Of a DNA stretch of 64,000 nt, positions 1 through 13,249 are shown piece by piece; positions within the stretch are counted from its first letter, which is position 1, and the number at the start of each line of letters is the position of its first letter. The notes beneath the pieces were generated by a model. The model saw only the letters and a program-made list of their open reading frames with translations, did not search any database and was not told the DNA's origin. Origin of the DNA: Lytechinus pictus (Eukaryota); the NCBI RefSeq assembly GCF_037042905.1, contig NC_087245.1, positions 43,836,001 through 43,900,000 on the forward strand, written 5' to 3'. A program made the position numbers and the translations under genes.

Positions 1-810
1 ATGAATTTCATCTCCCATATACTTTGTACACAAAGTATAAAAATGAGCCATTTTCGGCATGACATTGCCTCGTAAAAAGTCACGTGACATCACGATGGTA
101 TACCCGTATGTCGCGAATTTGGTCTCAACAGTTGCGCGAGATTCAAAGAAAAAAGAAATAACATTTTGTGGCGCCATCTTTTTGTATTTCGGAAATATTT
201 CGCGAAGCGTCGAGGGGGGGGGGCATCATGCCCCCCTCCCCCAGTCATTTAAGGGTTAACTGGGCTATTTCAGACCAACATATACTGGGGGGGTCAATTT
301 GAACCCTCCCCCTAAGATCTCTGCCATTGATTGCGCGATCGCCGCAAGAATTTGCACGTGTGTAGAACCAGATGTAAACTACAAGACTGTATAGTAAAAT
401 TTTCAAAAAATTAATTGCTTATTTTTTGTATTAATTATGCAAATAAGCGTATGAAATTTGCCCTAATTGGGTTTTTTTGTGTAGTTTTTGCATTTAACTC
501 AATTTATATCGCTAGTAGAATGCTAATTCTTGGTGAACAAATAAATTTTTACATTTCTAACAAAAAGCTACAAAAATTGCCCCCCAAAAATAAATTTCCT
601 ATGTATCTTATTGTTTTTTTAATTCTTATGTACTTCTTTGTATTTTCAAACCTCTGTTTTTTATTGTTTTATTTTAATGAAATTTGCCAGGGACCCTTTT
701 GCAATCATAAATAACATGAAATAAATCCATCTAAACCAACAAAAGTTGAAATAATCATACAATTATTATTTTTGGTTGAAAAAGACAATATGCATTGACG
801 AGTTAATTAA

Positions 811-1557
811 CCCTATCTAGGCCGGAGTATTTTGGGAGTTTATATGGCCAGGGGGGGGCTCCCAGGCCCCCCTTGAGATCTCGGCCGTCAACCACGCGAT
901 CGCACCTAAAATTGGCACACTGGTTGTCTGGGACATAATCTACAAAATTGTATAGTAATTCATTTCATGCGAATTGCTAATAAGTGATTATACTAATTTA
1001 TGCGTAATTAGTATGTGAAATCATACTTTTTCCCCTAACTCCCTAAATAAAGCTCCAAATGTTCTAATTTTTTGCACAAAAACTCCTTGTGGTGTTCTTA
1101 GCAAGTGTACATGAACAAAATTGCGATATCAAATCATTTTCTTATGTATTATGTTTTTTGCAATTTCTTATGTATTTACTTGTTTTTTCCCTTTCGTTTT
1201 TCATAGTTTCTTCAATGAATCTCTTCTGAGATCATGTAAAGCATAAAATAAATACATTAAGACCAGCAAACTAAAAATAATCATACATTTAGGATTTTTG
1301 GTTGAAAACACAATTTGCATTGACTTTGTACACAAAATCACGTTTTTGAGCAATTTTTGGTCTGACATGCACTTACATAATGTTGCATAGTTTCGGAACC
1401 ACATACCCGGGTGACGCAAAATTGGTCTCAAAAGTTGCGCAAGACTTGAAAGTAAAAAGTCAGTGAGCAGCGCGGTCAAAAAATTTCGCGCGGCAAAAAT
1501 ATTGCGCGAATTGTTCAGGGGGGCCTCCGAGGCCCCTCCCCCCCGGCCTAGATAGGG
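811..1557. mobile_element. piggyBac-type MITE within a cluster of related fragments (1-810)
   Basis: TTAA|CCCTATCTAGGCCGG ... CCGGCCTAGATAGGG|TTAA: 15-bp perfect TIR with TTAA TSD; related sequence at 1-800 and 50325-51040. Confidence 0.85.
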
Positions 1558-1794
1558 TTAAGGGTTAAATCTACGATGAGATTAACTGCAATTTCTCTTT
1601 CTTTGTTGAGATGATTGGTAGTGCGGCACAGAGGCATGACATTATGAGATATAGTATTGGTATCATATTCTGGAACTAGCTTTATGTTTTTTAATTAATT
1701 TTCCACAAAATATTTAAATACACAAAAGGTATTATACATCTGGAAGGACCAAATGAAGCACAAACGCTTTTAAAAATTGGCCCAATAATATCAA

Positions 1795-2072
1795 ATCAAT
1801 GGATCAGTCTTCTGACTTTGAAACAGAGGGTCGTGGGATCGAATCCCAGCCATGGCGTAATTTTCTTCAGCAAGAAATTTATCCACATTGTGCTGCACTC
1901 AACCAGGTGAGGTGAATGGGTACCCGGCAGGATTAATTCCTTGAATGCACTGAGCGCTGAAAGGCAGCTCGAACTAAAGCCGGGGAAATGATAATGATAA
2001 ACACTGCGCCTTGGAATAGATTATTTCTAGACAGATGACAAAATACAAATGCCTATTACTATCATTATTAAT
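1795..2072 (+). mobile_element. tRNA-derived SINE (5' degenerate)
   Basis: tRNA-like head with B-box-like GGGATCGAATCCC, conserved-looking body (CACTCAACCAGGTGAGGTGAATGGGTACC) and TTA-rich tail. Confidence 0.7.
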
Positions 2073-2168
2073 ACATGTCAAATTTACACAAATGGTAACA
2101 ACAAGGTCATAACATAATTCATTTCACACTCTCAACACCAACACCAACATCACCCAATGTATACATAC

Positions 2169-2318
2169 CTGACCATGAACATCCTTGGAGAAGCCTGTTG
2201 GTAAACCCTCTACCAAGAGATGACAGGTACATGTATGTTGGAGTTGAGTATTCAAGGATATCACATCGTCATCATCGTCTCCATCACAATGAAGTAAGCT
2301 CACTATGCTACCAGGATG
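2169..2318 (-). CDS. ELP6: ELP6 coding exon 6 (HPGSIVSLLH...VEGLPTGFSKDVHGQ); terminal exon not seen in the window
   Basis: Acceptor cacttcag, donor CAG|gtatgt, 150 nt; LxTGFxxDVHGQ is the ELP6 C-terminal signature. Confidence 0.94.
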
Positions 2319-2769
2319 CTGAAGTGTATTAATATAAAGATTAATCACAGTGCAAGTTTTTTAATAGACTGGAATGGTTTATTTTAACTTCGTGAAAGGA
2401 GGAGAGAAAAAGGGTAGGCGAGTATGAAGTATGCAGTGAACCATGCATTGTGGAAGGAGGGGTAAGGGGCAATTGGGATGTGAATCCGGCAACACCTGTT
2501 AGACAGGGACAAAACCAGATTGAAAACTTCTGACTGCTAGTAACAAGTCATTTGCTTCTCTCTACATTCTGAAGCGCATAGAGACATAATTACATGTACA
2601 TTATGAAAGCTGACAAAGATAAAAGTTTGTCTTTCTTTTAGTGTTTCATATGAAATCTGAATCATTGAAATAACTTCTTCTCAAATTATGGAAAATGATT
2701 TGACCACTATGATGTCATCACAACTGACATCTATTGTGAAAAGAAAGATTCTTTATACTCCTCATCGTC

Positions 2770-2866
2770 CCACTACTAAGTACTACTACTGCTGCCGCTG
2801 CTACTACTATTCCTACTACTACATTACTACTACTACTACTTAACTAATACTACTGCTACTACTACT
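2770..2866. repeat. Imperfect (CTA)n microsatellite
   Basis: Directly visible trinucleotide array. Confidence 0.9.
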
Positions 2867-2899
2867 GAGTCTCTACCACCACTTCTTCACTAACAATAC

Positions 2900-3092
2900 C
2901 TCTTTGTCATGTCCAAGAATGCTTGCCTGACAGTACTGCATAAAGTCTGCTATTTGACCTGTATCAACTCCTAGACTATGTAGAATGCTAAGGTCATCGA
3001 TTATTAGATGTGTCCCACTATAGACTTGTTCACCAGTCTCTTTCCACAAATATTTTTGCACTTGATTGTAAAGTGGTAGTAAGGACTTGGCA
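2900..3092 (-). CDS. ELP6: ELP6 coding exon 5 (AKSLLPLYNQV...LIIDDLSILHSLG...FMQYC...HDKE)
   Basis: Acceptor cttcctttag, donor GAG|gtattg, 193 nt; (L/I)DDLSxLxSLG and DFxxYC motifs; lies inside ORF 2873..3199. Confidence 0.93.
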
Positions 3093-3618
3093 CTAAAGGA
3101 AGAAAAGATAGAATGAAGGTAGAAATCATTACCTTTGTCTTTCCAAAGGACATTATTAGATGGATTTTTAGATGAATTTAGGTCCATGTGATCATACATA
3201 AACAGAAAACTTCAAGATCTCCATTTTATTTTCATACATTCACTTTAACATCTTCACATCCATATATAAATAGATATCTTGTCGTTGTTCAATAGTAATA
3301 ATAATAATGATAATAATAATAATGTGAAACCTTTAGCATGTAATTCCACATGGATACGATGCCCTACAAAATAGCTTTACCATTATAAAAAATCATGAAA
3401 CTATCAAAAGTATTCAGCAAGATCTCTTTTATATAGATCACCTGGAATTGGTCAAAAGGTGTGTCACACTGATTACTTTCAAAGAATGTATGTGCCCACA
3501 GTATAAATACCACCTTTGATATTGTCATCTGCAATAGTTTTATTCTGCTTTTACTTGATATCATGCATTCATGTTCCCTTGGTATAATTTATCAAATATT
3601 GTAGAAGTATGAATTCAA

Positions 3619-3845
3619 ACAAGTGGAGTGCCTCTGGCAGTCTCGCCTGCATTACGCAATTTGATATACCAGCAGTGCCAACTTTGAAAACAGCTATCAA
3701 ATAATTATTCATAAAAGAAAACACTCATATGAAAATAAAATACTATGTCCATCTACCCAACATGGCCTTTGACCATGATCTTGTGACCTCAGACATGTGC
3801 AAAACAACTCAATTACCCTTATGTCTATGTTTCATGAACTACATG
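3619..3845 (-). mobile_element. 3' end of a Helentron/HINE (DINE-1-like) non-autonomous element
   Basis: Reverse complement matches the 3' end of the element at 49052-49988 (GCAGG(C/T)GAGAC..CCAGAGGCA(C/T)TCCACTTGT). Confidence 0.6.
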
Positions 3846-6800
3846 TGGGCATTTTCACCACAGATGGACACAGAGGCAAAAAAATCAAATTGATATTCAT
3901 GTCAAATCCTTTATGATTTTTAATAATACAAGACCTGAAGTTTCTGGGACATTTTTGTTTCCAACTCTGGCAGCCAGTTTTTAATTCAAAATGGCCGCCA
4001 AAGTATGGATACAAATTAGTGTTGAAAATGGTATATTGATACATAATTTGTTTTGACAGATTTCTAAAGTACAGGTTTGATCATGATGTTTTCCCTAGTG
4101 TCAGTGATTTAGCTTGCTATAATAACACTTTATAAAATCCCATAGAAATATAGTATTTGGAAAAAGTCGGATTTTTCCTTTAAGATTTACTTACAAGAGT
4201 TGGACGAAGAGGGTGTAATATGTTTGTCTTATCACAACATTGAAATGTACATCCCAGAACAAATAGTTCCATTTTGGTAAAGTTATTATATTGAACATGG
4301 ACTGTTATTAGAAATGAAAATTATATATAATCATGTTAATTGCTTGGGATAAAGTATACTTCTTTTTTTGAAGTTATATTACGAAATAGTGTTATAATTT
4401 AGTAAAGAGGAAGGATCTTGTGAAAGTGATTATGTTACGCGGGAAGAAAGCCCGCTTGGTCAGTAGAGATCGATTGTTTTGAGGTCATTGGTCAAGCTAC
4501 TCAGTGAGGAGAGCGATCAGTCGGAGAGTCCTGTAGGATCCAGATAATTTATATCACAATCCTGTCGAGGTATGTTGATTGATATGTGCTATTTTATAAG
4601 AGAAGAATATCTATGTCTTGGAATATATATCTCTAAATCCTTAACTATAATTAGAGCGTTGAATCGTATTTTTCTGTTAGGTCAAGGATACCTACTACGT
4701 GGCATGTTACGTAACAATCAATGTGTGTGTATATATGTATCGGGTACCTACCGACTCAAGATGGTAGCACTCTTTCCTTTTTGTCTTGGAATTGCCAAAT
4801 TGGAGGAATATGTTTATGTAGATGTTTTTCTTTAACGCTCGATGAATTATTTACCTGGTGTATATAAATAGACGATAAGTAGAATTTATCAATGTGAATA
4901 ATTCGTAAACCGGGAGATTTGGTAAATGGTAGCCTCAAGGTCAGGCAAGGTCAAATAGTTTCATACTGATGGTTTCGATTAATTATCGATTTAACTTTAA
5001 TCGATTAATACTTTCGCCAGTTCGGTTATATATTTTAGATTTTAGAACGATAAGTGATCAATTTATATTATACAATCACATATATTAAGGATTGGTGTAT
5101 CGTTTATTCATTTAGGAGTTCGAATGGAACTATGTTAATTTGTTGATGGAACTAGCTGGATTGCGATGAAAGATTTCTGGGTTTTCTACGAAGGTACGAA
5201 AAGTTATGAATTTTCCTTCAAATTTAATGACTGTGTTGTTCGAAGTGATATCTTATAATATTTAGATGAAAATAATTGGTGAATTTGCATTTTTCCTTCG
5301 AGCATTGAAGGCTTTAATGATAAGTTCTTCCTTAGACCAAGGTGTTTGAATTAATAATTCTATTTTGTTGTCAATATGATGTATAGGACATTTATAGTTA
5401 ATCAATTGTTAAAATGTCTGTCAATACGCTGAATTTCCCTGTAAGCTTTATAGAAATCTAAAGAGTATTATGATATAGCTACTCATGCAACTGTATGTTA
5501 TTATTTATTTTAGATTGCAGTGTACGGTACCGGAATCTGACCTTAGAAAGCAATTGTTTTGGTCCTTGGTATGGTTTTTAACCTGAATCTGCCCTAGTCG
5601 GGTGAGTCAAGATGGCCGTACTTAAAAGATATGCATTATTTTTGGCCATGCCTCTTAAAAGATTGAGACGTGCAGTACTTTTACAAAAATTAACGGGTTT
5701 TTTTGTGATCGATTATGACAGTTTGAACTCGTGTGAGATGTACAAAAGATTGATATATTTGGAAGAATGTTTCCAATGGTTGCTATATAAATTGTGAATT
5801 CATATATTTTACATTGAAAGAAAATGATTGCAAAAGAAGTCTATTTAAGCTTTAGAAACATAAAATACTATGATACTTGTGACTATTTAATTGTTGATAG
5901 CTGAGTTAATAACTTGTTATAAACATTACTTTTCGAATATTATCGAGCGCAGACTGTATCTATCTATGACTTAAAATTATTGAGAAAAATAAACACAATG
6001 CAGTGACCTGCTCAGTGATCGAAACGTGTACTCGTAATATTAAGGGAATATACACAATTTGGACAGATAAGTGCTTTATTACATGCTGTAATGATATTGT
6101 GAACATTATACTCATGTTCTTTATTGTTTCTCTCTTTTCTGATTGCAGAGGTTTTTCCTTTTTTGTTATTTTCTGAACAACTGTTGTGCTCAAGTGGGAA
6201 ATTAAATTCCGCTCACAACCTACAACTTTCGTCGTATCGTGTCTTTTGTGTTCTGGAGTGTCCTGACAACTTCCCCCCAAAACCCAGAATACTACAGAAA
6301 AAAACACCAGTAATTCATTTATCTGATAAAAAATATTGATGAAGTTTGTGATATGGTATGTAACGCCAGTTACCAAAAACATGAATTTTTTTATCATTTC
6401 CCATACTTGGTATACATGTATTTCCTCCTTAAATAGGTAACACCTGCCAACCCAGCCACCCCCCCCCCCCCCCCCCCCGTAGGTACACTAGTAGATGGGG
6501 TATCTGTGCCTAAGTCCTTCCAGACGTTGAATAATCGCCTAAGTCGAAGAATTTTTTTAGACCAGGTTAATAAAAACATGTGTAACATACCGAAGTTGAA
6601 CAGATTTTTCTGGTCCCAAGAGATTTGACTTGGGCAGAGTTACCTGTAGATGTTCGATGCTATATTTTCAGTGTCAAAGGCAAGAGTTGTTCGTAAGTGA
6701 TATGACAAATAGAAGCATCGCGATAGCATTACTGATCTCGACATTAAAAAGTATGTATTATTCTTATTGTTTGTCTAATAATTTTCATTGATCTCATCTT

Positions 6801-6877
6801 CGATTTTTCTGTTTCCATACATTGTACTAAGAGTATATTTCAGGAGTAAATAGATTCTTTAAGAAGACTTTCTTTAC

Positions 6878-7017
6878 ATCAAGCAGTCTTGTAGGATGGT
6901 GTCTTCACTGCTGGTTTTATGTGACAACCCATCTTCTCTCATTAATGGGAGCGAGTATAGCAAGCCACTGATGAAGTCCAGATGCCCTGAAGTCCTGGCT
7001 GCCATCAAATTGACACC
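6878..7017 (-). CDS. ELP6: ELP6 coding exon 4 (GVNLMAARTSGHLDFISGLLYSLP...QDCL)
   Basis: Acceptor ttttactctccag, 140 nt, donor AT|gtaaag (weaker, chosen for phase compatibility with exon 5); GVxLxxARxxGxLxFxxGL motif. Confidence 0.85.
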
Positions 7018-8662
7018 CTGGAGAGTAAAATCATTTGCAAGATGTAATCAGTGACCTAGTGGCATGTATTCTAAATAAAGAATTATCATCATATCAATCC
7101 ATGGTTGATATGGGTAGTCATAGACATACATTAGTTAGGTCCAGATTTTTAAAAATGAGCTCAGAAAAAAGCTCTTTAGGCATTTTGTGTTAGTGCTGAT
7201 TTATCAATCGTTTTAAGGTAATTCAGGGGTGCTGAATCCATAAATGCTGTTTGCCAAACTTGATTAAGACGTTTTCATCCTCAAATCGGCAAAAAACAAA
7301 ACAGCGGTATTTTGAATGCGGTTTCCACATTAAACGATTTTATGAGTGATTATGTTTCAGAAATTATGGTCTTTGCTATATTTTTTGATGCCCATAAAAC
7401 ATAAAACTTCCGATTGATTCGTCAGCCATCTTTAATTCCAAGATGGCTGCCATGATTCACAGCTGTTGACTAATATAAAAGATCGAATGTTTGATAATAT
7501 TTGGGCGATGCTGGCAAAATAACATTGTGATAACTTCAACTTGTTCGCCGCTTTTTCCTCGCCAGCATAGCAGAAGCAAGACATGGACGACGCTCTTCCG
7601 ACGGCAGCAATGACTTTGGCGGCGGCGAAGTCAACATCAAATCTTAACAGATGTTAAGCTTTTGAAATGTCAAAACTCTTAGGGTATAAGTATCTATTTT
7701 GAGAAACTAAGGGTTAAACAAAATGTATTGAGATAGGTAATATAGCAGAAAGAAAAGGTCATCCAGGGTACCTGGAAATCCAAGATGGCATCCAGAACGG
7801 TATTCGTTATACCATCAACTCCAAAAATTATAGTAAATCATCTATTGCTTACTGCAGTGTCATGAAATTAGCTTATATCTAAGAAGTTTATGAGAGAAAA
7901 AATGCATCAGGACATGTTTAAGATAGTCAGTGAGTGTGTCAGAGAATCCAATGACCTTCAAAAAGGGCGTCCACAATGCATGTTGTAATTTTGCAATGGG
8001 TAAAATTCATATGATTAAATGATTTACATCTAGTAAAAAGACCCCCCCAAAAAAAAAAAAAAATGGTTCCAAGGGAAAAAAATATACATTGGAAAATTGT
8101 CAAGGTTTGTCAGTGGTGCCGATTATCAACTTGTTGCTGTTTCTTAAAAATTGGATGCAACCTGCATAATTATGATGTGTACCTAAGGACATTTTTGTGT
8201 CTTTCCCATGATTTCAAGGGTCAAATTGCATTCACGTCGGCCACCATTAATACAAACATGGCAAAACTTCATTATCATCCCATGGTTATTTTGGTGTCTC
8301 TACTATGTTTTTAAGGCTCATAGAAATGAGAGTTACAGTACATGTAGACTGTGGTGTAACAATATGTAAAAACCTGAAAAACAAACATTATGGGGTACAC
8401 TTTCACCTAAAAAGTACTATAATTCAATGATAAATACTTCAAGACGAGTCACTTTAGTGCTAAGGACTATCCTAAGGTTTCATGAGTCGGGAACAGCAGT
8501 CATTTTTACATAATTTTAGAAGTCACTTCTGTTTTTTTTTTACAAAAAGGTAAAACTGACCAATCTTGTTACTTGTCCAGATATATTATTTGATTCATCA
8601 AACCACAATAGCATAGACACCTAATATTTTTTCACATACTATATGTGATGAGACTCATTTAA

Positions 8663-9502
8663 GGCCGTGTTTATGCTTCCACTTTTCAGGCCAGAATCAG
8701 TGTTTCCAAACGTGATTAGTCCAAAACACGGTTGCGTCCATGCTTACTTTTATTTAAACGCTGTTTCAAAACGCCGATCGTAAACTCACAAAAAGGTGCG
8801 TTTGTAAACGTCGTTTGACCAGAATCAGGCTTTCTGGGGAAGTATAAACAGAACCACGATCGTAAACGTGTTTGAATGGCGTCATTTGGTACATGCTTCC
8901 GGTGAGATAAAAGTCCGCGTGCAAATAGTCGTATTGCTCCATGGTAGCATGTTACCTCCACGGAATTACCTCTCATCTCCCTTGTTTTGCATTAGTACTA
9001 TTACTAGTATTACTCTTCCAATTTGTCATCACGATGAACGTTGAGGGATTTACACCAAAAAATAACCTGGAACACGAGTTATAATGAGACATCGCAAGAT
9101 GCCCCAGTAGCATTTATAAACAAATAGATATTTTATTATTTTGTATGCTTAATATTCTTCTTTTTTTTTTTTACTATTATCCTCACCATGGTGAAATTAT
9201 ATGGCTATATCAAGAAGCTCCATGCAATGACTAAAATATCGGAAATTGTTCAATGTTTATATAACAGTCGACGTACCTTTCCCATAACACTCGGGGAAAA
9301 ACTTTCGAAAAAGGGCGCGCCCAAATTGACCTTGCTTTCCTGCTCAACGAAAATTACGATGTGATGCCAGCTGGAGATTGTGATTTCGCCTCTGAAAAGT
9401 TAAGCATAAACAGCACTCCCAGAACCACGTTTACGATCGGCGTTTTGGATCGACGTTTGAAAACGCTGATTCTGTCCTCGCAATGGAAGCATAAACACAC
9501 CC
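8663..9502. mobile_element. PIF/Harbinger-like MITE
   Basis: TIR GGCCGTGTTTATGCTTCCA vs GGGTGTGTTTATGCTTCCA, flanked by TAA/TTA. Confidence 0.75.
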
Positions 9503-9937
9503 TTAGACACATTTTGGAAGCCATTTTTGAGGTTTCAGGCAAAATGGACTACATGTACTTCATAACTGATACAAAATCATGATTTGATAGTTTAAACCAT
9601 AATGTAGACACCAAAATCATATCACCCAGGTGGATTCTATATGAACTATGTCCATTTTTAAGTAAAAGCTGTCATCTTTTACTTCTTTTTATGGAAGTTA
9701 TCTTGGATTTTTCAGTCCTTCACGTTTATAATTTCGTGGAGCTCAATAAATTGCTCTCCTTATTTTTTCCAGGAGCCCAATTGAGCTCCTCAGGATTGCT
9801 CTCCTTGAGGGTCTCAAATCAATTTAATTCGATACATATATGCTAAATGGTAGATTTTCCTTAAAATTGTTAATGCAATAGCTGTGTACAGTAGCTATTA
9901 TTAAATCTGTGGTGAAACTAGGCCTGGGTCATTACGT

Positions 9938-10483
9938 TTACAAAATATCCCGCTCCTGCTTTAGAAAAAAAAAACACTTTAAAATCTAGTTCTACAAAAA
10001 AATTGCTAAAATTTCAAATTTTACATAATACATCCTAAATCCATGATATGGCCATCTATTTTCCATAATTCCTTAAAATTATTTTGATTTAGTTGAAAAC
10101 TATCAGGAAAATGAAGAATATTCATCCCTTTCTTGACTCTGATTGATGTTACAATTGGTAAATATTGTAGTCCCACATCATGTAGACTTCCATGGTTTTG
10201 CAAACATTAACTGAAAACAATCGTTGATCGTTTTTGATCGTTTACACTAGGTCAACACCATGAACATCTACATATGGGACTACAATATTTACTGAGTTTA
10301 ACATCATAAATCAGAGTCAGGAAAGGGGTGAATATTCTTCATCTTTTTGGTAGTTTCAAAATAAATAAAAATAATTGCAAGGAATTATGGAAAATAGAAG
10401 TCTATTTCTGGAATATGAATATGTAAATGTGCAATTTCAGCAACTTTTGGTTAAGGTTTTTTTTAAGGAGCGCGATATTTTGT
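9938..10483. mobile_element. Palindromic (foldback) MITE
   Basis: Two ~250-bp imperfect inverted arms (e.g. AAATATTGTAGTCCCA / TGGGACTACAATATTT). Confidence 0.65.
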
Positions 10484-10594
10484 TCTCCTTATTTTTTTTA
10501 TGAGCGCGGTAGGAGCTTGTAATTTATCCTCATGTATTGCTTGGCCCTAAAAACATGATAAACAAAAGGTTTGACTGCAAAATCATACACCCCA

Positions 10595-11194
10595 GTGTCA
10601 CGTGAAGTGACTTTTTTTATTATTTATTTACTGCTACTTGAGACACCAAATAAAGAAATATAAACAAAGTCACTTCACAAAGACTCTATTCATGTCCATG
10701 GAAAACCACCAGAAGCTAAAAGATAAATCACAGATCTCCGTTTAGGCAGAAAAAGTTATCTGAGGGAGTCCATGTTGGTGAAAAGACTATGAGCCCAGCT
10801 GCCGCCCGGTTCTCCATCGACATGATGCGCTATTATGTCAATATTCGGGGCTCGATCTCGTCCATAATCGTCGAAGTCCGATCTGAGGAGCATCACCATC
10901 TGCGGAGGCCAAAGGACCATCTACCAAGGGCCAAGTGGAGGAAGTCAATGTATCTGCGGAGGCCAGGAGACCGACTACCAGGGCCGAGTGGGGCATGTCA
11001 TACAATGATTCTTCTTTATTTTGCCTAAGTTAAGTTGTATTTATTTGTGATCATTTCAATATCCATATATGTTCATGTACAAATCAGAGAAATGATTGAA
11101 AAGAGATTTAAACATTAAATCTTTTTTAACTTTACACAGCTTGTTTATTCATCCCTTATTTTGTGTCTCAAGTAGCAGTAACTTCACGTGATAC
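10595..11194. mobile_element. TIR MITE with 3-bp TSD
   Basis: CCA|GTGTCACGTGAAG ... CTTCACGTGATAC|CCA, plus inverted TACTGCTACTTGAGACAC. Confidence 0.65.
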
Positions 11195-11562
11195 CCAGGC
11201 AGATATTATTAAAACAAACTATGTCAGATTTTAAGTAATAACAACCATTTTAGACTCCATTTTTGGAAGCCATCTAGGATTTTTTTAACATGGTGAAACA
11301 CTGACTATCCTTGTAACTTTTCCTAATGTATTACTTGACCCTTTAAACCATGGGTTAAACACAAAATCATATATCCCAGGCAGAATAACAAACTACATGT
11401 TTGTTATTATTTTTTTTTTACAACAGTTATTGTAAACTCCAATTTTGGAAGTCATTTTTTATTTTTGGACATACTGGAACCACTGACTGTCCTTGTAACT
11501 TGTCCCAATGTAATATTTGACCCTTTGAACCATGGGTTATACACTAAAATCATATTCTCCTG

Positions 11563-11719
11563 GGGGGCGTTTCATGAAAGGACTTGTCGGACGTTTTATC
11601 CGACAAGTCCCATTTTATCCGACAGTTACCATAGTAATAGTACCTCTCAGCCAATCAACATCATGGAAAGATGTCAGATCTGACAACTTGTCGGATGAAA
11701 ATGTTGATGAAACACTCCC
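11563..11719. mobile_element. Short Harbinger-like MITE (CWG target)
   Basis: CTG|GGGGGCGTTTCATGAA ... TTGATGAAACACTCCC|CAG. Confidence 0.65.
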
Positions 11720-12947
11720 CAGGCAGTCATTAATCAAACTGTGTCGGTTTGTAATTGACGACAGACATTTTAGACTCCATTTTTGCCAACCATCTTGGAT
11801 TTTTGGACGTACAGGACCATTGACTGTCCTTGTACATGTGACTTGTTCTGACGTATTACTTCACCCTATAATAACTATGGATTAGACACCAAAATCATAT
11901 TTCCCAGGCGGATATTAAACAAACTGTCGGTTTTTTAGCCATTTTAGACTCAAATTTTGAAAGCCATCTTGGATTTTTAGACATAGTGGACTGCTGACGG
12001 TCTTTGTAATCTGCACCAAATTACTACTCGACCTTTAAAACAACCATTGAATAAAACCAAAACTAAAGACACTAAAATAGGTAATAGATGAATTGTGAAT
12101 GTTTAGGCTATGGCAGCCATTTTGGATGCCATCTTGGATTTCTAAGTAGGCTACCCTGGACTGCTTATGTTCACTCTGAATACCTGTATCAGTAGACCTT
12201 TAACCCCTTAAATATGCATCGAAAAGGGATGTCTAGGGATGCGGATTTGGTAGGATTTTAGTATGTTATGCCTCACATCAAATAGTACCAGAAAAAGTTG
12301 ACAAACATTTTGTTGCAGGTTTTTGTGGGTCAAAAGAGAGCAAAAAAGGCTGTAGAATGGCGGCCATATTGTTTTTGCCATTTTGAGGATTTTAACATAA
12401 AATTCAAGGTTGGCAAACTGTAAACAGCACATTTGGACTCAGCGCCCTCAAATTATGTTAAAACACTTCTTAATTCAGCACTAACACGATTTGCCCAATG
12501 CAGTCTACTTTTCTCGAATCTGGACCTGTCTACATGGGCGTTTCCACTTTTCCACTATACTGTTCCCCAGGCTATTGCAAATAATGTTGAGGATTGGTTA
12601 CAACAAATTTCTTGACCATTCATTAAAAAAAAATGTACATTATATACTATACATTATTTATTCATGAATCTAAATCATGGCCAAATACAGATTTCTCAAT
12701 TTGAATATCACCTTGCTTGTTTATCATTATACTGATATTAAGTTATTCAACAAAACCGCTTTAATGTCAAAATGTCCATGTCTAATTATTCAATTTCGAT
12801 TGATTATTCAAATGGCTATATTTCATACACAATTGGACAGCAAACTACGTAGTATGGCCAAGCTTTTCACATATTTTTTAAAATTCCAATATACTATCTG
12901 GAAACGCTATTACCCGATATTTGAATTGTAACATTTAATTCTCTTAC

Positions 12948-13018
12948 CAATTTTTGTGCTACAGCATTGTAGTGACTGAACGATTGTGAAAGGCCTAGAA
13001 AGACGACTTTGCCACCAG
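12948..13018 (-). CDS. ELP6: ELP6 coding exon 3 (SGGKVVFLGLSQSFSHYNAVAQKL)
   Basis: Acceptor ttttttcag, donor TTG|gtaaga, 71 nt, phase-compatible; QSFSHYxxVxQKLG motif. Confidence 0.94.
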
Positions 13019-13249
13019 CTGAAAAAAGATAGCAGTCAAGTTTTATAGTCCATACATGTAAAAGAGCTTCTTATGTTTTTTTGTTCCTGAGGGAACATCT
13101 TCAATAATCGTACCCTTGGCAACAGAAATATCTCAATAATAAGTTGGTTTACATCATAGTTTCAGATTGGAAGAAGACCCCTTTACTTTCTTAACATGTA
13201 AAGAAAGAATTTGAAAGTTTTTCAAAATTGATATTTTTGTAAATCAAAT

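Larger units (their letters stand above)
7132..12532. mobile_element. Non-autonomous TIR element, Academ-like, 5.4 kb, in ELP6 intron 3
   Basis: CAT|TAGTTAGGTCCAGATT ... AATCTGGACCTGTCTA|CAT: TAG..CTA termini, 3-bp TSD, imperfect TIR extending to GTGTTAGTGCTGA; internal ~180-bp degenerate tandem units; no transposase ORF. Superfamily inferred from termini/TSD only. Confidence 0.7.

Noticed and set aside
2873..3199. ORFs 2873..3199 and 2124..2348 as stand-alone small genes
   Set aside because: Their central parts are ELP6 exons bounded by splice sites; the ends are intron read-through
5194..5910. Box C/D snoRNAs in the putative antisense introns
   Set aside because: Only imperfect C boxes (ATGATGT, ATGATTG) with CTGA downstream, no terminal stems and no rRNA guide I could recognise
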